The notes: a model not told the origin generated them from the sequence alone. Positions 1-10,709 are shown, counted from the first letter of the stretch. The stretch is DNA of 38,668 bases from Nitrososphaeraceae archaeon (GCA_044870765.1 JBIOZG010000030.1:1-38668), one strand, 5' to 3'. Translations and numbers: made by a program.

Positions 1-115
1 CTGTCCCTGAAGCTAACCTATCTGCTAATGTTCCTGTCCCTGAAGCTAACCTATCTGCTAATGTTCCTGTCCCTGAAGCTAACCTATCTGCTAATGTTCC
101 TGTCCCTGAAGCTAA
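1..115 (+). repeat. 33-bp perfect tandem repeat (3.5 copies visible), coding
   Basis: ctgtccctgaagctaacctatctgctaatgttc at 1, 34, 67 and partial at 100. Confidence 0.95.
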
Positions 116-434
116 TATTCCTCAAAATAACAATTCAGGTCTCGTTAAGCTCGACATTGGTGTAAAACAAAATCCAATTGCTCCAGGAGAGGAACAGACA
201 GTAACACTAACTGCCTCCGATCCAATTACAGGAGAGCCAATTGATCGTATTTTTGTTCATCTCACAATTAAGGGTCCTTCAGGCAATATCGTTAAAGATT
301 ATACAGACAATGATGGAAAACTCTCACCTACTTTTGTAATTGGCGAAAATGATGTTGGAACTTTTACAATTTTAGGAACTGCGTTACAGGCGGGCGTAGA
401 AAGTCGTAAGTCGTTGACTTTTCAAGTCCAATAA
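1..434 (+). CDS. 3' part of a probable secreted/surface protein with 11-aa Pro-rich repeats and a C-terminal beta-rich (Ig-like) domain; partial at window start
   Basis: Open frame 3 from base 3 to TAA 432-434: (VPEANLSANVP)x3 then ...VKLDIGVKQNPIAPGEEQTVTLTASDP...KSLTFQVQ*; no start in window. Confidence 0.8.
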   Translation, partial: VPEANLSANVPVPEANLSANVPVPEANLSANVPVPEANIPQNNNSGLVKLDIGVKQNPIAPGEEQTVTLTASDPITGEPIDRIFVHLTIKGPSGNIVKDYTDNDGKLSPTFVIGENDVGTFTILGTALQAGVESRKSLTFQVQ

Positions 435-824
435 TGAATCTATTCATCTTGAGAATTACTGTCAAGAGAAGAAGATCACTTTACGTCCACATCATGAAAT
501 GACAGATATTACATTATGCTTTTCTTTGAGCAAGTATCGTATAATTATTTAATACGTCCATATGAAAGAAATTACATGAAGAGTGAATTTGCATTATAAA
601 TCATGAATTTATTTAGCGGATTTGAATGTGTGTGACAGGTTTGAAAATTACTTTTGTTCGGTTGATAGTTCATTCTCTGAAAAATACAATATATTTTAAG
701 ATTTTGGCTTTTACAAGCAGTGATTATTTACATGTTGATTTTTTTGTGTTAGAATAATAGATTTGACGGTTTATAGTGATTTATAGTTGGAGAATCCAGC
801 AAAAAGATACAGTCTAAGCACAAA

Positions 825-881
825 ACTGGTGGGATCGTTGCTTCTTGTTCATCATCCGTAGCGTACGACCACCCCGCCAGT
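825..881. other. GC-rich stem-loop, candidate small ncRNA or 3' structure
   Basis: actggtggg(825-833) pairs with cccgccagt(873-881), inner tcgt/acga and tgct/agcg; stands out in AT-rich intergenic DNA. Confidence 0.4.
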
Positions 882-927
882 CATTCTCTGATAACAAGAT
901 GATAAATCACATTTACTGCATAGGTAG

Positions 928-1422
928 TCAAATTTTATCAATAATCGAAATAGGAATTGATATTTTCTTTCCTACAACTCTAACAATCTCGCTCCATACT
1001 ACGTCGTTAACTCCGTCCATAGCTTTTATTGTTTCAAGATGATCAAGGATTGAAGCGTTATCTTTTACAATGGTTTCTATGCGGAGATCTATTGTGTGCT
1101 CTCCTATACTCTTACCGACATATGTCACTTCATCAATATCGAGCAGTTTTTTCGCAACAGCATCTACCATCCCATTCCTTATGGAGATAAAAAAGTCAAT
1201 ACGCTTCCAGCCAAATTTCGCTATATCTAATACATAATTAATTTTCAAAAATTTATCTTCTAGTCTTTTGCGTCTTCTTCTAACAGTAGTAATGGGTATG
1301 CCTAATTTTGATGATAAATTTATGCTGGATTTTGAATCACCATTAGGCATAAGTAGAATCTTTAATAATTTCCGATCCAACTCTGATATGCTAGATTCTT
1401 GTTTAGGTACGCGTTTAGACAC
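928..1422 (-). CDS. Lrp/AsnC family transcriptional regulator
   Basis: N-terminal HTH (LSSKLGIPITTVRRRRKRLE) plus RAM-like C-terminal domain (SIGEHTIDL). Confidence 0.85.
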   Translation of the reverse strand: MSKRVPKQESSISELDRKLLKILLMPNGDSKSSINLSSKLGIPITTVRRRRKRLEDKFLKINYVLDIAKFGWKRIDFFISIRNGMVDAVAKKLLDIDEVTYVGKSIGEHTIDLRIETIVKDNASILDHLETIKAMDGVNDVVWSEIVRVVGKKISIPISIIDKI

Positions 1423-1749
1423 TATAAATTAAATAAACTTCAAAATATATAATTATTGCTTCAAAAAAAAAGAGTTTTATTATAATTAATTGAATTTAGC
1501 GTTGATTAGTCAACAAAGTATGCTAGTCCTGCAATTTATGAATGATTTGTGTGATAAGGTGGTTAAACTCGTCCAATTTGAAATAATAAAGTGACAATAT
1601 TAATTCGAAAATTGGTCTTAACTACCAAGGTAATTCGTTTTTTGACTTTTTGTCGCGGGATGATACACCTAGTGGGTTACAGTAATTTATAGATTAGAAT
1701 CGTATGTTTCTATCGAAAATCATCAGAGATAGTAGGTTGCTTGACATAA

Positions 1750-2175
1750 TTGGTTAGTAATAAAGGACTAATTGCTGTAGTAGACGATGAATTAGATATT
1801 GCTCAGCTTTTCCGTGATGCTCTACAAACAACAACGGGGTTTACTATTTTCGCATTTACAGAACCCAAAGCAGCATTCGAACATTTTGAGCTTAATAGTG
1901 AAGATTATACACTCATAATCTCTGATTTAAGAATGCCTTCTATAAATGGAATAGAATTGATAAAGAAGATAAAAGAGCTGAATCCTTATATAAGAACGGT
2001 ACTTATGACAGCATTTGCGATAAATGATGATTTATTTTATGAGTATTCTAAAAATGAATTAATAAATGGATTTCTTCAGAAACCCATCCACTTAGGCGAA
2101 TTGCGTGCAGAAGTGAATAGTCAGTTACATACATACGAATTACTAAAACAAGAGACATTCATAAAAATTAAGTGA
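1750..2175 (+). CDS. Stand-alone response regulator receiver (CheY-like)
   Basis: VVDDELD, ISDLRMP phospho-Asp, LMTA, QKP motifs. Confidence 0.9.
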   Translation: MVSNKGLIAVVDDELDIAQLFRDALQTTTGFTIFAFTEPKAAFEHFELNSEDYTLIISDLRMPSINGIELIKKIKELNPYIRTVLMTAFAINDDLFYEYSKNELINGFLQKPIHLGELRAEVNSQLHTYELLKQETFIKIK

Positions 2176-2565
2176 ACATCACGTATTAAGTTCATCTTAA
2201 AATGCATGTAATGATCATCGGTTCTAATAAACTATAACGATTGAAATATACACATGTCATGCACAATCTATTAAAAGGATATACGAAAATGATTATTTGG
2301 ATTAATATAATTGTAACTTTGGAAGGTATAAATTTCATACATAGTCAATTGGATCCTTTAAAGTTGTCAATATGATCAATAAGATCCTATCAGAGGGTCT
2401 AAAAAACCACAATTAATCGAAAATTTGGATCTTTCAGCAATAAAGCAAAAAACGTTTATTTTTTTCAACATTTTTTACTCAAAAGCAATATCATTTGCAT
2501 TATATAAATCGAGTATTTTTTGGATTGACTCTAATTCTTTTATAGTTTAATGGAGGATCCTTATT

Positions 2566-2745
2566 ATGAAAACGTTATCGTGTCGAGAAGCTGGATTTGA
2601 CTGTGATTACATTTTGGAAGCAGAAAATGATAATGAGCTTTTTAGAAAAGGGGAACAGCATGTATTTAATGTTCACGGGATGAATAAGCAAGACTTTATT
2701 CCGACGTTTAATGAAAAAATGAGATCCTTCATAAGACAAACTTAG
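2566..2745 (+). CDS. DUF1059-family small metal-binding protein (59 aa)
   Basis: MKTLSCREAGFDCDYILEAENDNELFRKGEQHVFNVHGM...; C-x6-C and H-x4-H pattern; GGAGGA Shine-Dalgarno at 2552-2557; below the ORF-track cut-off. Confidence 0.85.
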   Translation: MKTLSCREAGFDCDYILEAENDNELFRKGEQHVFNVHGMNKQDFIPTFNEKMRSFIRQT

Positions 2746-2941
2746 TTTCAGTGTAAATCCTATACTACTAGTTTTATATCAATTATTGCGGATAAATTGT
2801 TACCTTTTTTAAGCCTTTAATCGACTAAATTCCCGGTCTTATATTTATAATATAATGCACACATATTGGCATGTTTGCAAACCAAGCAACAGATGAGCTT
2901 AGTTCTCTAGACCGGAGTAAGAAATTTGGGTTATTATAGTT

Positions 2942-3355
2942 TTATTCATTCATTCTTTGTTCATATAGTTTAATCTGTTCCCTGACCTTTTGACGTAACC
3001 AATCAATGGGAATAGGTTTTTCTATGAATAAATCTATCGTTCCGTCTTTCATATACTTTTGAAATACTTCGTCTTCTTTAACTTCGTAAGCGCTAACTAG
3101 TATCGTTCTAACATTTGAATTGAGCAATCTGATCTTTTTTAGTAGATCTAATCCATTTAGATTTGGCATTCTTAAGTCAGAAATTACAAGAGCATAATCT
3201 TCCTTGTTATCTTTAAAATGCTCGAAGGCTGTCACTGGATTGTTAAAACAAACAACTGAGATTCCATGAACATGGCCATAGATGGCGTCTTGATACAGCT
3301 GGGTAATATCAAGCTCATCATCTATGATACCAACAATCCTGTTGTTATTGGTCAT
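2942..3355 (-). CDS. Stand-alone response regulator receiver (CheY-like)
   Basis: IIDDELD, ISDLRMP, LVSA, EKP motifs; paralog of 1750-2175. Confidence 0.9.
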   Translation of the reverse strand: MTNNNRIVGIIDDELDITQLYQDAIYGHVHGISVVCFNNPVTAFEHFKDNKEDYALVISDLRMPNLNGLDLLKKIRLLNSNVRTILVSAYEVKEDEVFQKYMKDGTIDLFIEKPIPIDWLRQKVREQIKLYEQRMNE

Positions 3356-3576
3356 TTAGTCCTCCAGTCATCGGCTTCTTCGTCCGATTGATCGCCTGAC
3401 TCTGATTGATTTTCAGCTAGTTCCCTACTCAGGAAGGAAAAGGAAGTTTCATTGGATGATGTCCCTTCGAACAGTGTATTATTAGATTGAGAGGAGGAGA
3501 TTAACACAAACGACGGAACCAAAATGAAGGATAAAGTAATTATTGTTACGAACAAGCTCAACTTCAAATATTTCAA
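3352..3576 (-). CDS. Small hypothetical membrane/secreted protein
   Basis: Hydrophobic N-terminal segment, Ser/acidic tail; 4-nt overlap with downstream receiver gene. Confidence 0.55.
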   Translation of the reverse strand: MKYLKLSLFVTIITLSFILVPSFVLISSSQSNNTLFEGTSSNETSFSFLSRELAENQSESGDQSDEEADDWRTK

Positions 3577-3682
3577 TAGTGAATCATTATTGATATATGA
3601 GAATCTAAATATAAAGTAAACTGGGTCTATTCGATTATTTGCATAGAAATCATGAAATCAAGTGGCTAGATTTTGCTTTTTT

Positions 3683-4051
3683 TCATTTGGCGTTCTTATT
3701 TTCTTCGAACAATCCTATTGTATTACTTTCAGTGTCCTTGAAGAGCAAAGTGTAACCAATTCCAGGTATCGCCGCTTTAGGCTGAATAATTCTTCCACCA
3801 CCAGCCTCTATTTTGGCAATATATTGATCGACCGATGAAACATTTATGAAAGGCGTCGTCCACTGTCCAATCCTGTCACGCTTAGATAAACCTCCATCTA
3901 TGCCAAGCTCATTTGGTTCGCCCGTTTTGATCTCCCAATATTCCATAGGTCCATCCCATTTATTTATCTGCCAGCCAAAAATTTTATTGTAAAAATTTAC
4001 TGCACGTTCTGGGTCCTCTGCAGAAAAATCCAAATACGATATTCTAGGCAT
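3683..4051 (-). CDS. VOC/glyoxalase-bleomycin resistance family protein
   Basis: DPERAVNFYNKIFGW, GIDGGL, GGRIIQPK..IPGIG..FKDTESNTIGL. Confidence 0.9.
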   Translation of the reverse strand: MPRISYLDFSAEDPERAVNFYNKIFGWQINKWDGPMEYWEIKTGEPNELGIDGGLSKRDRIGQWTTPFINVSSVDQYIAKIEAGGGRIIQPKAAIPGIGYTLLFKDTESNTIGLFEENKNAK

Positions 4052-4349
4052 GCTGTTTAAGACTTAACATACCTTAAAAGAGTTGGAGTCAGAGACTTTA
4101 CTATACTGCAAGAGTAAACTTAGACATAATGCAATATTTACATCTTGTAAAGGTAGACTTTCATCCTTTCGAAAAAAACTTACATCCGTCTTGACGAAAT
4201 TTTTGAGATTGCCTATACATAAGATCTACATTATGAAATGATAGAACCTAAATTATTAAATCATAATTCAGTTTCTTTTCGTGAATAATTGTATTATGAC
4301 GAAATACGTTTAGTTTTCAAATTAGTAACTAATAAGGTAGTATTCGACC

Positions 4350-5789
4350 CTACATGACATCCACATCATGTGGTTGACTTTCAGTGATTCCTGCGGGTGT
4401 AATCTTTACAAATTCCGCATTACGTTGCATTTCTGCGATATTTTTTGCGCCACAATAACTTAGTCCCGACCTTATTCCCCCAACAAATTGCTTTATTAGA
4501 TCAGTAACACTCCCCTTATACGGTACCATTGCCTCAACGCCCTCAGGTACGTAGTCATTGGGATCCTCTCCATCTATAACCTGTGACCCTTCTTCTCTAT
4601 ATTTTCTGCCCAAGGATGCATAAAACGATGCCATGCCACGATACATTTTGAATTTCTTTCCATGTCTTACTATTGTTTTGCCCGGACTCTCGTCGGTTCC
4701 TCCGAATAGACTACCAATCATTACTGTGGACGCTCCTGCAGCCAAGGCCTTTATGGCATCTCCGGAGTTCCTTATTCCCCCATCGGAGATGACAGGCACA
4801 TCATGTTCATTCGCTACTTTAACTCCATCTACAACAGCAGTTAATTGTGGAACCCCAGAACCTGTGATGACTCTAGTTATACATATTGAACCAGATCCGA
4901 CACCAATCTTTACTGCATCAATTCCAGCTTTGATGAGATCCTGTACACCTTGACCTGTGGCAACATTTCCAGCAATTAGTTCACAATTTGGAAACGCCTT
5001 TTTTATCATATGAACTGCATTTATTGCATTATCACTATGGCCATGTGCAATATCTACGACAACTATATCAGTTCCTGCATTGAGTAACTGTTCAGTTCTA
5101 TCTAAATAATCACCTTTTACTCCAACAGCACCGCCAACCAATAATCTACCTTTCTTGTCTTTTGAGGCCAATGGATATCGTTCCATTTTCATAATATCCT
5201 TGCTCGTAATGAGTCCCACAACATTATTTGATTTATTAATCACGGGTAGTTTCTCTATTCTATTTTTATGTAGAATTTGTTTTGCCTCCTCGATTGAAAT
5301 ACCCTGTTTTGCCGTAACAAGTTCCTTCGTCATAAGATCCTTTACCTTGTTAGTTGTATTATATTGAAACATGATGTCTCTATTGGTAATAATTCCCACC
5401 AATTTTTTTGACTCATCATCCATTACCAACAAACCAGAGACACCAAGCTCTTGCATCACTTTAGATGCTTCGTTTGCAGTTTTTGATGGCGATATGGTAT
5501 AGGGTTGTTCGATAATGACCGACTCTGATCGTTTTACCTTCAGTATTTCATCGACTTGATCTGCAATTGTCATAAATCTATGTATGATGCCTATTCCTCC
5601 CTCTTGTGCTATTGCGATTGCCATATTTGATTCAGTTACGGTGTCCATATTTGCGCTGATGAGTGGAATGTTTAATGAGATATTTCTGGATAATTTTGTC
5701 TTTAAATCCGTTTGTGATCTAGAAATTATAGGAGACCGTTTTGGGATAAGGAGAACGTCATCAAAAGTTAAACCTTCTTTTACTTCCAA
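4350..5789 (-). CDS. guaB: IMP dehydrogenase with CBS pair
   Basis: LTFDDVLL, SANMDTVTE, GVGSGSICITR catalytic Cys loop, YRGMAS, VPEGVE. Confidence 0.97.
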   Translation of the reverse strand: MEVKEGLTFDDVLLIPKRSPIISRSQTDLKTKLSRNISLNIPLISANMDTVTESNMAIAIAQEGGIGIIHRFMTIADQVDEILKVKRSESVIIEQPYTISPSKTANEASKVMQELGVSGLLVMDDESKKLVGIITNRDIMFQYNTTNKVKDLMTKELVTAKQGISIEEAKQILHKNRIEKLPVINKSNNVVGLITSKDIMKMERYPLASKDKKGRLLVGGAVGVKGDYLDRTEQLLNAGTDIVVVDIAHGHSDNAINAVHMIKKAFPNCELIAGNVATGQGVQDLIKAGIDAVKIGVGSGSICITRVITGSGVPQLTAVVDGVKVANEHDVPVISDGGIRNSGDAIKALAAGASTVMIGSLFGGTDESPGKTIVRHGKKFKMYRGMASFYASLGRKYREEGSQVIDGEDPNDYVPEGVEAMVPYKGSVTDLIKQFVGGIRSGLSYCGAKNIAEMQRNAEFVKITPAGITESQPHDVDVM

Positions 5790-5859
5790 TATTTCCTTGA
5801 TTGTTATATTTGCGTTGGGATTATAAGCGTTTTCTTCATATTGGTTTTTTTTGAATTAA

Positions 5860-6750
5860 TTAGATCGTGCTAGGATCTGGCACCCTGTCTCTGGTTATTC
5901 TTTGAAGTAATTCTAGAGATACTTTCGTTTCTTTTACATCGTGTGTCCTAATGATGCTTGCGCCGTTTAGAGCACAGATAACCTGGACAATTACTGAAGG
6001 GATAAGGCGCTCAGATTCGGTCAAATTAAACAGTTTTCCAATAAAAGATTTTCTTGAGACTGAGATACAAATTGGCTTTGAAAACTTTGACAGCCTCTTT
6101 AGACCTGATATAATGTCCAAATCTCGTTCATACCACCTGTGATGAGCAATTTTCGTAAAAAAGGGGTTATTCCCAGTAGGTCTAAAAAAACCAATTAGAG
6201 GATCAATTATGATTTTGTTGTCACTTATACCCTTTTCGCGTGCCAAGTCCAGACTTTCCTGTAGAATATCCATTGTTTCAAAAATGTCTCCTGACTTGTA
6301 AGTAATGGATTTATTTCCATAGGCACCAATTAGAACTGGAAGTCCTGTTGAAAAAACGATTTCCTTCATTCTATCATCATATTTTAGACCTGTAACATCG
6401 TTGATTAAATCCACCCCCAACTCAGCGGAGGCCCCAGCCACGTCTGCTCGAGGTGTATCCACCGAAACTGGAATCCTGCAGACTTCCTTAACAGCGCTGA
6501 CCGAATTTCGTATTCTTTCTACCTCTTTTTCTACTGAAATTACAGTATCAAGGTAAGGTGCAGTTGACATTCCGCCTATATCGATAATATTCGCACCTTC
6601 CTTTTCCATCTGTAACGCCCTCTCAGAAATTATTTTCTTGCCTATTGAAATGGATTCTTTATAAAAGGATTCTGGACTAACGTTTAGAATTCCCATTATC
6701 TTTGGTGTCCCGTTTCCAATCTCAAGATTGCATATATTCACTTTCTTCAT
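5860..6750 (-). CDS. folP: Dihydropteroate synthase
   Basis: IMGILNVSPESF, IDIGGMST, SVDT, INDVTG, SRKSFIG, IRTHDV. Confidence 0.93.
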   Translation of the reverse strand: MKKVNICNLEIGNGTPKIMGILNVSPESFYKESISIGKKIISERALQMEKEGANIIDIGGMSTAPYLDTVISVEKEVERIRNSVSAVKEVCRIPVSVDTPRADVAGASAELGVDLINDVTGLKYDDRMKEIVFSTGLPVLIGAYGNKSITYKSGDIFETMDILQESLDLAREKGISDNKIIIDPLIGFFRPTGNNPFFTKIAHHRWYERDLDIISGLKRLSKFSKPICISVSRKSFIGKLFNLTESERLIPSVIVQVICALNGASIIRTHDVKETKVSLELLQRITRDRVPDPSTI

Positions 6751-6935
6751 TATTTATCACTCTCCCAAGCCAAGACGAGCGTATGAAATTCTTGTTAAAC
6801 AATCTTTAATAAACTATGAATTTATTTATACAAACCACTTTTTCGATCAATAGTTTTAATATAGGTTAAATTGCCATTTAATAAGAGAGATAAAGAATTG
6901 AATACTTCCATACTTAGACGTTTTGGAGAAACATA

Positions 6936-9611
6936 TTGACAAGAACTCTCGACAAAACTCATACCGTCCTGTCATATGTTGAAGGAAGTCTCAAAAATGC
7001 AATTGTTATGAACGAGAACGTCAAGGAAAACGGCTTCATATTTTCTCTTATTAATCCTCCTGTTCCATTAGGCGGAAACATTGTTTCTCTAGATATTTAC
7101 GTTGATGAACTACCTATATCAAAAAAATCAATTCAAATTGCGACATCAGACACCATAGTTAATGCATCGGCATTGTCCGAATCACGACCTCTTCAATTCA
7201 AACCATTTCAGAGCGCCAGGTTCCTTGTGATAGGTATGGAGTTGGAAACTCAGAAGAAGCACAAAATAACCATAATGAGTAAACTTGAAGGATTTGAACA
7301 AATAATTATTCCATTCACAATTGTGGATTATACAAGCAACAAGAAAGAAAAAGTAATAATTTCATCAAATTTGCCGGAGGAGTCTGATACACAGGCCTAT
7401 GGAGAAACAATGTTTATGAATTTCGCTTCTCCACTTGTCCTTTCAGGAAGAAAAGCATACATTGTTTGCTCTTCTAACGGAGCGCTTTCTGCAAATTGGA
7501 CCTGGATGGGAGCAAGTTACGATAACGGAGGATTATATGTCCCTCCAGCCAGAGCATTTGGAAGGATAATTGTAGAAATTTCTGTAGATGAGGGAGTAAG
7601 AAAAAGGCTTCCGAATTTTGTCATTTCATCGAGGCATGAAAATGGAAGTCTGTGCACTCATCATGAAGTTGCGGGTATCCACGTAAAAAGAACATTATTT
7701 GTTCCAATTGAAAATAAAGGTTTTATTCAGATTCTTAATTTTGATGTTGAGAAAAATAATGAGCTTTTCTCTTCAAATATAAAAAAGCAGTCAAAAAAGA
7801 AAATTAGGGTCCATTTCCTAATAGATGGTAACATTACAAGCTATGGATTGGCTGCAATTTCTCAAAGTAATTTTTCAAGATACTATAAATCGGAGAACTG
7901 TTTACAGATAAGGACTATTGCAAAAAAAGGTGTTGCGCATTATTTTGGAACAATAGGTATTTCTCCAAAGACTTTGAAACCTTCCAAGATACTAACAGAT
8001 TCTTTTGATAATGATTTAGAATTATCATATGATATAGAGCTTGAAGAGGGGTTGACCAAGGAGTTAGCCCTGATCGGTGCTGGTGATTTCACTAGTGCTC
8101 AAGAGTGTCTAGATGAATACAAAAACATCAGAGATAATTATCAAAAATTGTTCCAAGAAACAAAGGATCATCATAACAATATTTCAGCTTCTTCATTTAC
8201 AATACATCATGCGCCGCCCTCAAGTTCAATTTCAAATTCTGTAATCGCCAAATTAGCAAAGGCCCTGAAAAAGGCAAAAACCGCATTGGAATATCTAAAG
8301 GCAAATTATGATAATTTGGGAGAAGGGATAAGTGCAGGACTTCCAAGATTCCCAAATTATTGGGCACGTGATACCGGGTGGTCGTTGAGAGGCTATTTAT
8401 CTATGGGCCAGTATGATTTTTCACTCCGTGTTATTGATAATTTTCTGAAACGCCAGGCAAAATATGCCCATAATGGTGCAGTTAGAGGAGAATTGCCAAT
8501 GGTAATTAGTGGGAGAACATTTCTCCACAATACAACATACGGTTCGGCAGACTCGACCTTTTTGTTTCCCTGGGCAATCCGTGAATATGTGCATGGTACT
8601 GGAGATACCCAATATCTCTCAAAAAGATGGACATCCATAGTTGATCTAATTAATTCGGGCTTCCTCAGAGATATTGACAATGACAGTTTTATTGAGCATG
8701 GCTTTTCTGGTACGGCAGAAAAACTGCCAATTCAAGATTCTACTTGGATGGATCATATTGACAGAAGAAAGAGCGCAAATGACGTGCAAGCATTATTTTA
8801 TGAAAGCTTACTAATTGGAAGCGAGTTAGCAACGATAGTTGATGACCAACAGAACGGTAGACACTGGCTCTCATCTGCTCAAAAATTGAAAGAAAGGATT
8901 GATACTGAGTATTGGGAACCCAAGCTAGGATTTTATTATGATACTATTCGTAAGGACTTGACTAAAGATAGCAGTATCCGTCCGAACTCACTAGTCCTGT
9001 TGCTTACTGAAGTTGTAAAGGATCAGCAGAAGGCTAAGTTAGTTCTTGAAAGATTAGAAAAGGAGGATTTGACGACTCCATGGGGAATAAGATCTTTGAG
9101 TAGTTTGGATTCGAAGTATCATCCTACACTTTACCACGATGGTGCCGTGTGGCCACTTGTCACTGGTTGGGCCGCAATAAGCGAAATAAAAAACCAGAGA
9201 ACTCAGCAGGCACTCGAATACCTTTCCATAATGGCCGACCGTATTATCGCTGAAAACGGGATGTATGCAGAAACTTACCGTGGGGACAGACCTGAACCCT
9301 TCAATTCATGTATTCTTCAAGCATGGTCAGTTGGATTATACGTCTATGCACTACGTGAATTAATGTTGGGTATTAAGCCAAACATGATAGAGAATAACAT
9401 CTGCCTGGAACCGAAATTACCTGAATCTATATCCAATATTGACAATCTTAATTTTGATCATTTTATTAGCACCAATGAAGGACTCAATAAAATCAGCATA
9501 TCAGTTAGGCCTGATAGAGATAGAATTACCATTACACCGGAACGAAATGACGTAAAATTGCCTGAATTCTCTAGTACAACATATTCTATTGATATACATA
9601 GAAACAAGTAA
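6936..9611 (+). CDS. Amylo-alpha-1,6-glucosidase / glycogen-debranching-like (alpha/alpha)6 glycoside hydrolase
   Basis: AGLPRFPNYWARD, TWMD, TPWGIRSL, YHDGAVWP, QAWS motifs. Confidence 0.88.
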   Translation: MTRTLDKTHTVLSYVEGSLKNAIVMNENVKENGFIFSLINPPVPLGGNIVSLDIYVDELPISKKSIQIATSDTIVNASALSESRPLQFKPFQSARFLVIGMELETQKKHKITIMSKLEGFEQIIIPFTIVDYTSNKKEKVIISSNLPEESDTQAYGETMFMNFASPLVLSGRKAYIVCSSNGALSANWTWMGASYDNGGLYVPPARAFGRIIVEISVDEGVRKRLPNFVISSRHENGSLCTHHEVAGIHVKRTLFVPIENKGFIQILNFDVEKNNELFSSNIKKQSKKKIRVHFLIDGNITSYGLAAISQSNFSRYYKSENCLQIRTIAKKGVAHYFGTIGISPKTLKPSKILTDSFDNDLELSYDIELEEGLTKELALIGAGDFTSAQECLDEYKNIRDNYQKLFQETKDHHNNISASSFTIHHAPPSSSISNSVIAKLAKALKKAKTALEYLKANYDNLGEGISAGLPRFPNYWARDTGWSLRGYLSMGQYDFSLRVIDNFLKRQAKYAHNGAVRGELPMVISGRTFLHNTTYGSADSTFLFPWAIREYVHGTGDTQYLSKRWTSIVDLINSGFLRDIDNDSFIEHGFSGTAEKLPIQDSTWMDHIDRRKSANDVQALFYESLLIGSELATIVDDQQNGRHWLSSAQKLKERIDTEYWEPKLGFYYDTIRKDLTKDSSIRPNSLVLLLTEVVKDQQKAKLVLERLEKEDLTTPWGIRSLSSLDSKYHPTLYHDGAVWPLVTGWAAISEIKNQRTQQALEYLSIMADRIIAENGMYAETYRGDRPEPFNSCILQAWSVGLYVYALRELMLGIKPNMIENNICLEPKLPESISNIDNLNFDHFISTNEGLNKISISVRPDRDRITITPERNDVKLPEFSSTTYSIDIHRNK

Positions 9612-9689
9612 GTTTACCCACTTTTCGTACTGGAAGTATCAAATTATATCTTAAAATTAGACTAAATAGCTGATTGATGAGTAGTTTAG

Positions 9690-10694
9690 TTGATACATAT
9701 AGACGAGGAAAAGATTTTTTCCACAATAAATGAAAAAAAACCCCGTTCCGTTGCGCTGGATGGTCCGGATGGACTATTAAAGAAAATTCAAAGCTGTGCA
9801 CATAAATTGACAGAGAAGTTTAGTATACCAGTTTATGTAATTGGTGACACATCCTGGGGTTCATGCGATCTAAATATTCACGCCGCTGAAATTTTAGGTG
9901 TGGATATCTTGTTTAACATCGGACACACTATAGCTATGGAAAAGTTTGGAGATAAAGTTATAATGATAGATGCTTATGATGATATAGATTTTGTTCCAAT
10001 TGCGAAGAAATCTGCGATTGAGCTTAAAAAGAGAAATTTTAGCAAAATCTCTCTTGTAACCAATAGTCAATATTTACATTCTGTACAAAAAGTCAAGGAA
10101 ATTTTCGAGACTTTTGGATATGAGGTTGTTATCGGAAGAGGCAAGGGACACCTCAATGATGGGCAGGTTTTTGGCTGTGAGTTTTATCCTGCTTTTGATA
10201 ATAAAGATCAAATTGATGCGTACTTTTTCTTGGGACAAAGCATGTTTCATTCTGCAAGTTTGGCTATAGTGACACAGAAACCAACATTCATGCTGGATCC
10301 CTATTTCAACGAATATTCAGAAATTAATGACATCGCACAAAAACTAGAAAAAAAAGCAATATTATCAGTGTATAAGGCTCAGGACGCCAAAACAATTGGA
10401 ATTATTATCGGATTAAAGGAAGGACAGTTTGCAAATATTAAGGCATTAGAGCTGAAAAAGTTGCTAGAAAAGGAAGGCAAGAAAATCCTGTTAATTGCCA
10501 TGACGGAAATTACAGACGAGCGCCTATTGTCATTTCAAGATATTGATGCGTTTATTCAAGTGGCGTGTCCTCGAATAGGAACAGATAATCATTTTCACAA
10601 ACCGGTTTTGTCCGCACCACAGGCTATTTCACTCATAAAGTTACTAAAAGATGAACCTCTGGATGGATTCCTACAGATAAAACACTGGCTATAA
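9690..10694 (+). CDS. dph2: Diphthamide biosynthesis enzyme Dph2 (ACP transferase)
   Basis: Three Fe-S Cys: WGSCD, GQVFGC, ACPRI. Confidence 0.93.
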   Translation: MIHIDEEKIFSTINEKKPRSVALDGPDGLLKKIQSCAHKLTEKFSIPVYVIGDTSWGSCDLNIHAAEILGVDILFNIGHTIAMEKFGDKVIMIDAYDDIDFVPIAKKSAIELKKRNFSKISLVTNSQYLHSVQKVKEIFETFGYEVVIGRGKGHLNDGQVFGCEFYPAFDNKDQIDAYFFLGQSMFHSASLAIVTQKPTFMLDPYFNEYSEINDIAQKLEKKAILSVYKAQDAKTIGIIIGLKEGQFANIKALELKKLLEKEGKKILLIAMTEITDERLLSFQDIDAFIQVACPRIGTDNHFHKPVLSAPQAISLIKLLKDEPLDGFLQIKHWL

Positions 10695-10709
10695 TCATAA
10701 GAATATAAT

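Noticed and set aside
1-115. CRISPR array
   Set aside because: The 33-bp units are contiguous with no spacers and lie in frame in a CDS
4633-5826. Short plus-strand ORFs within guaB, and similar ORFs within folP, the hydrolase, hemD, top6, mtnA and htrA
   Set aside because: Antisense shadows of well-supported genes, with no motifs
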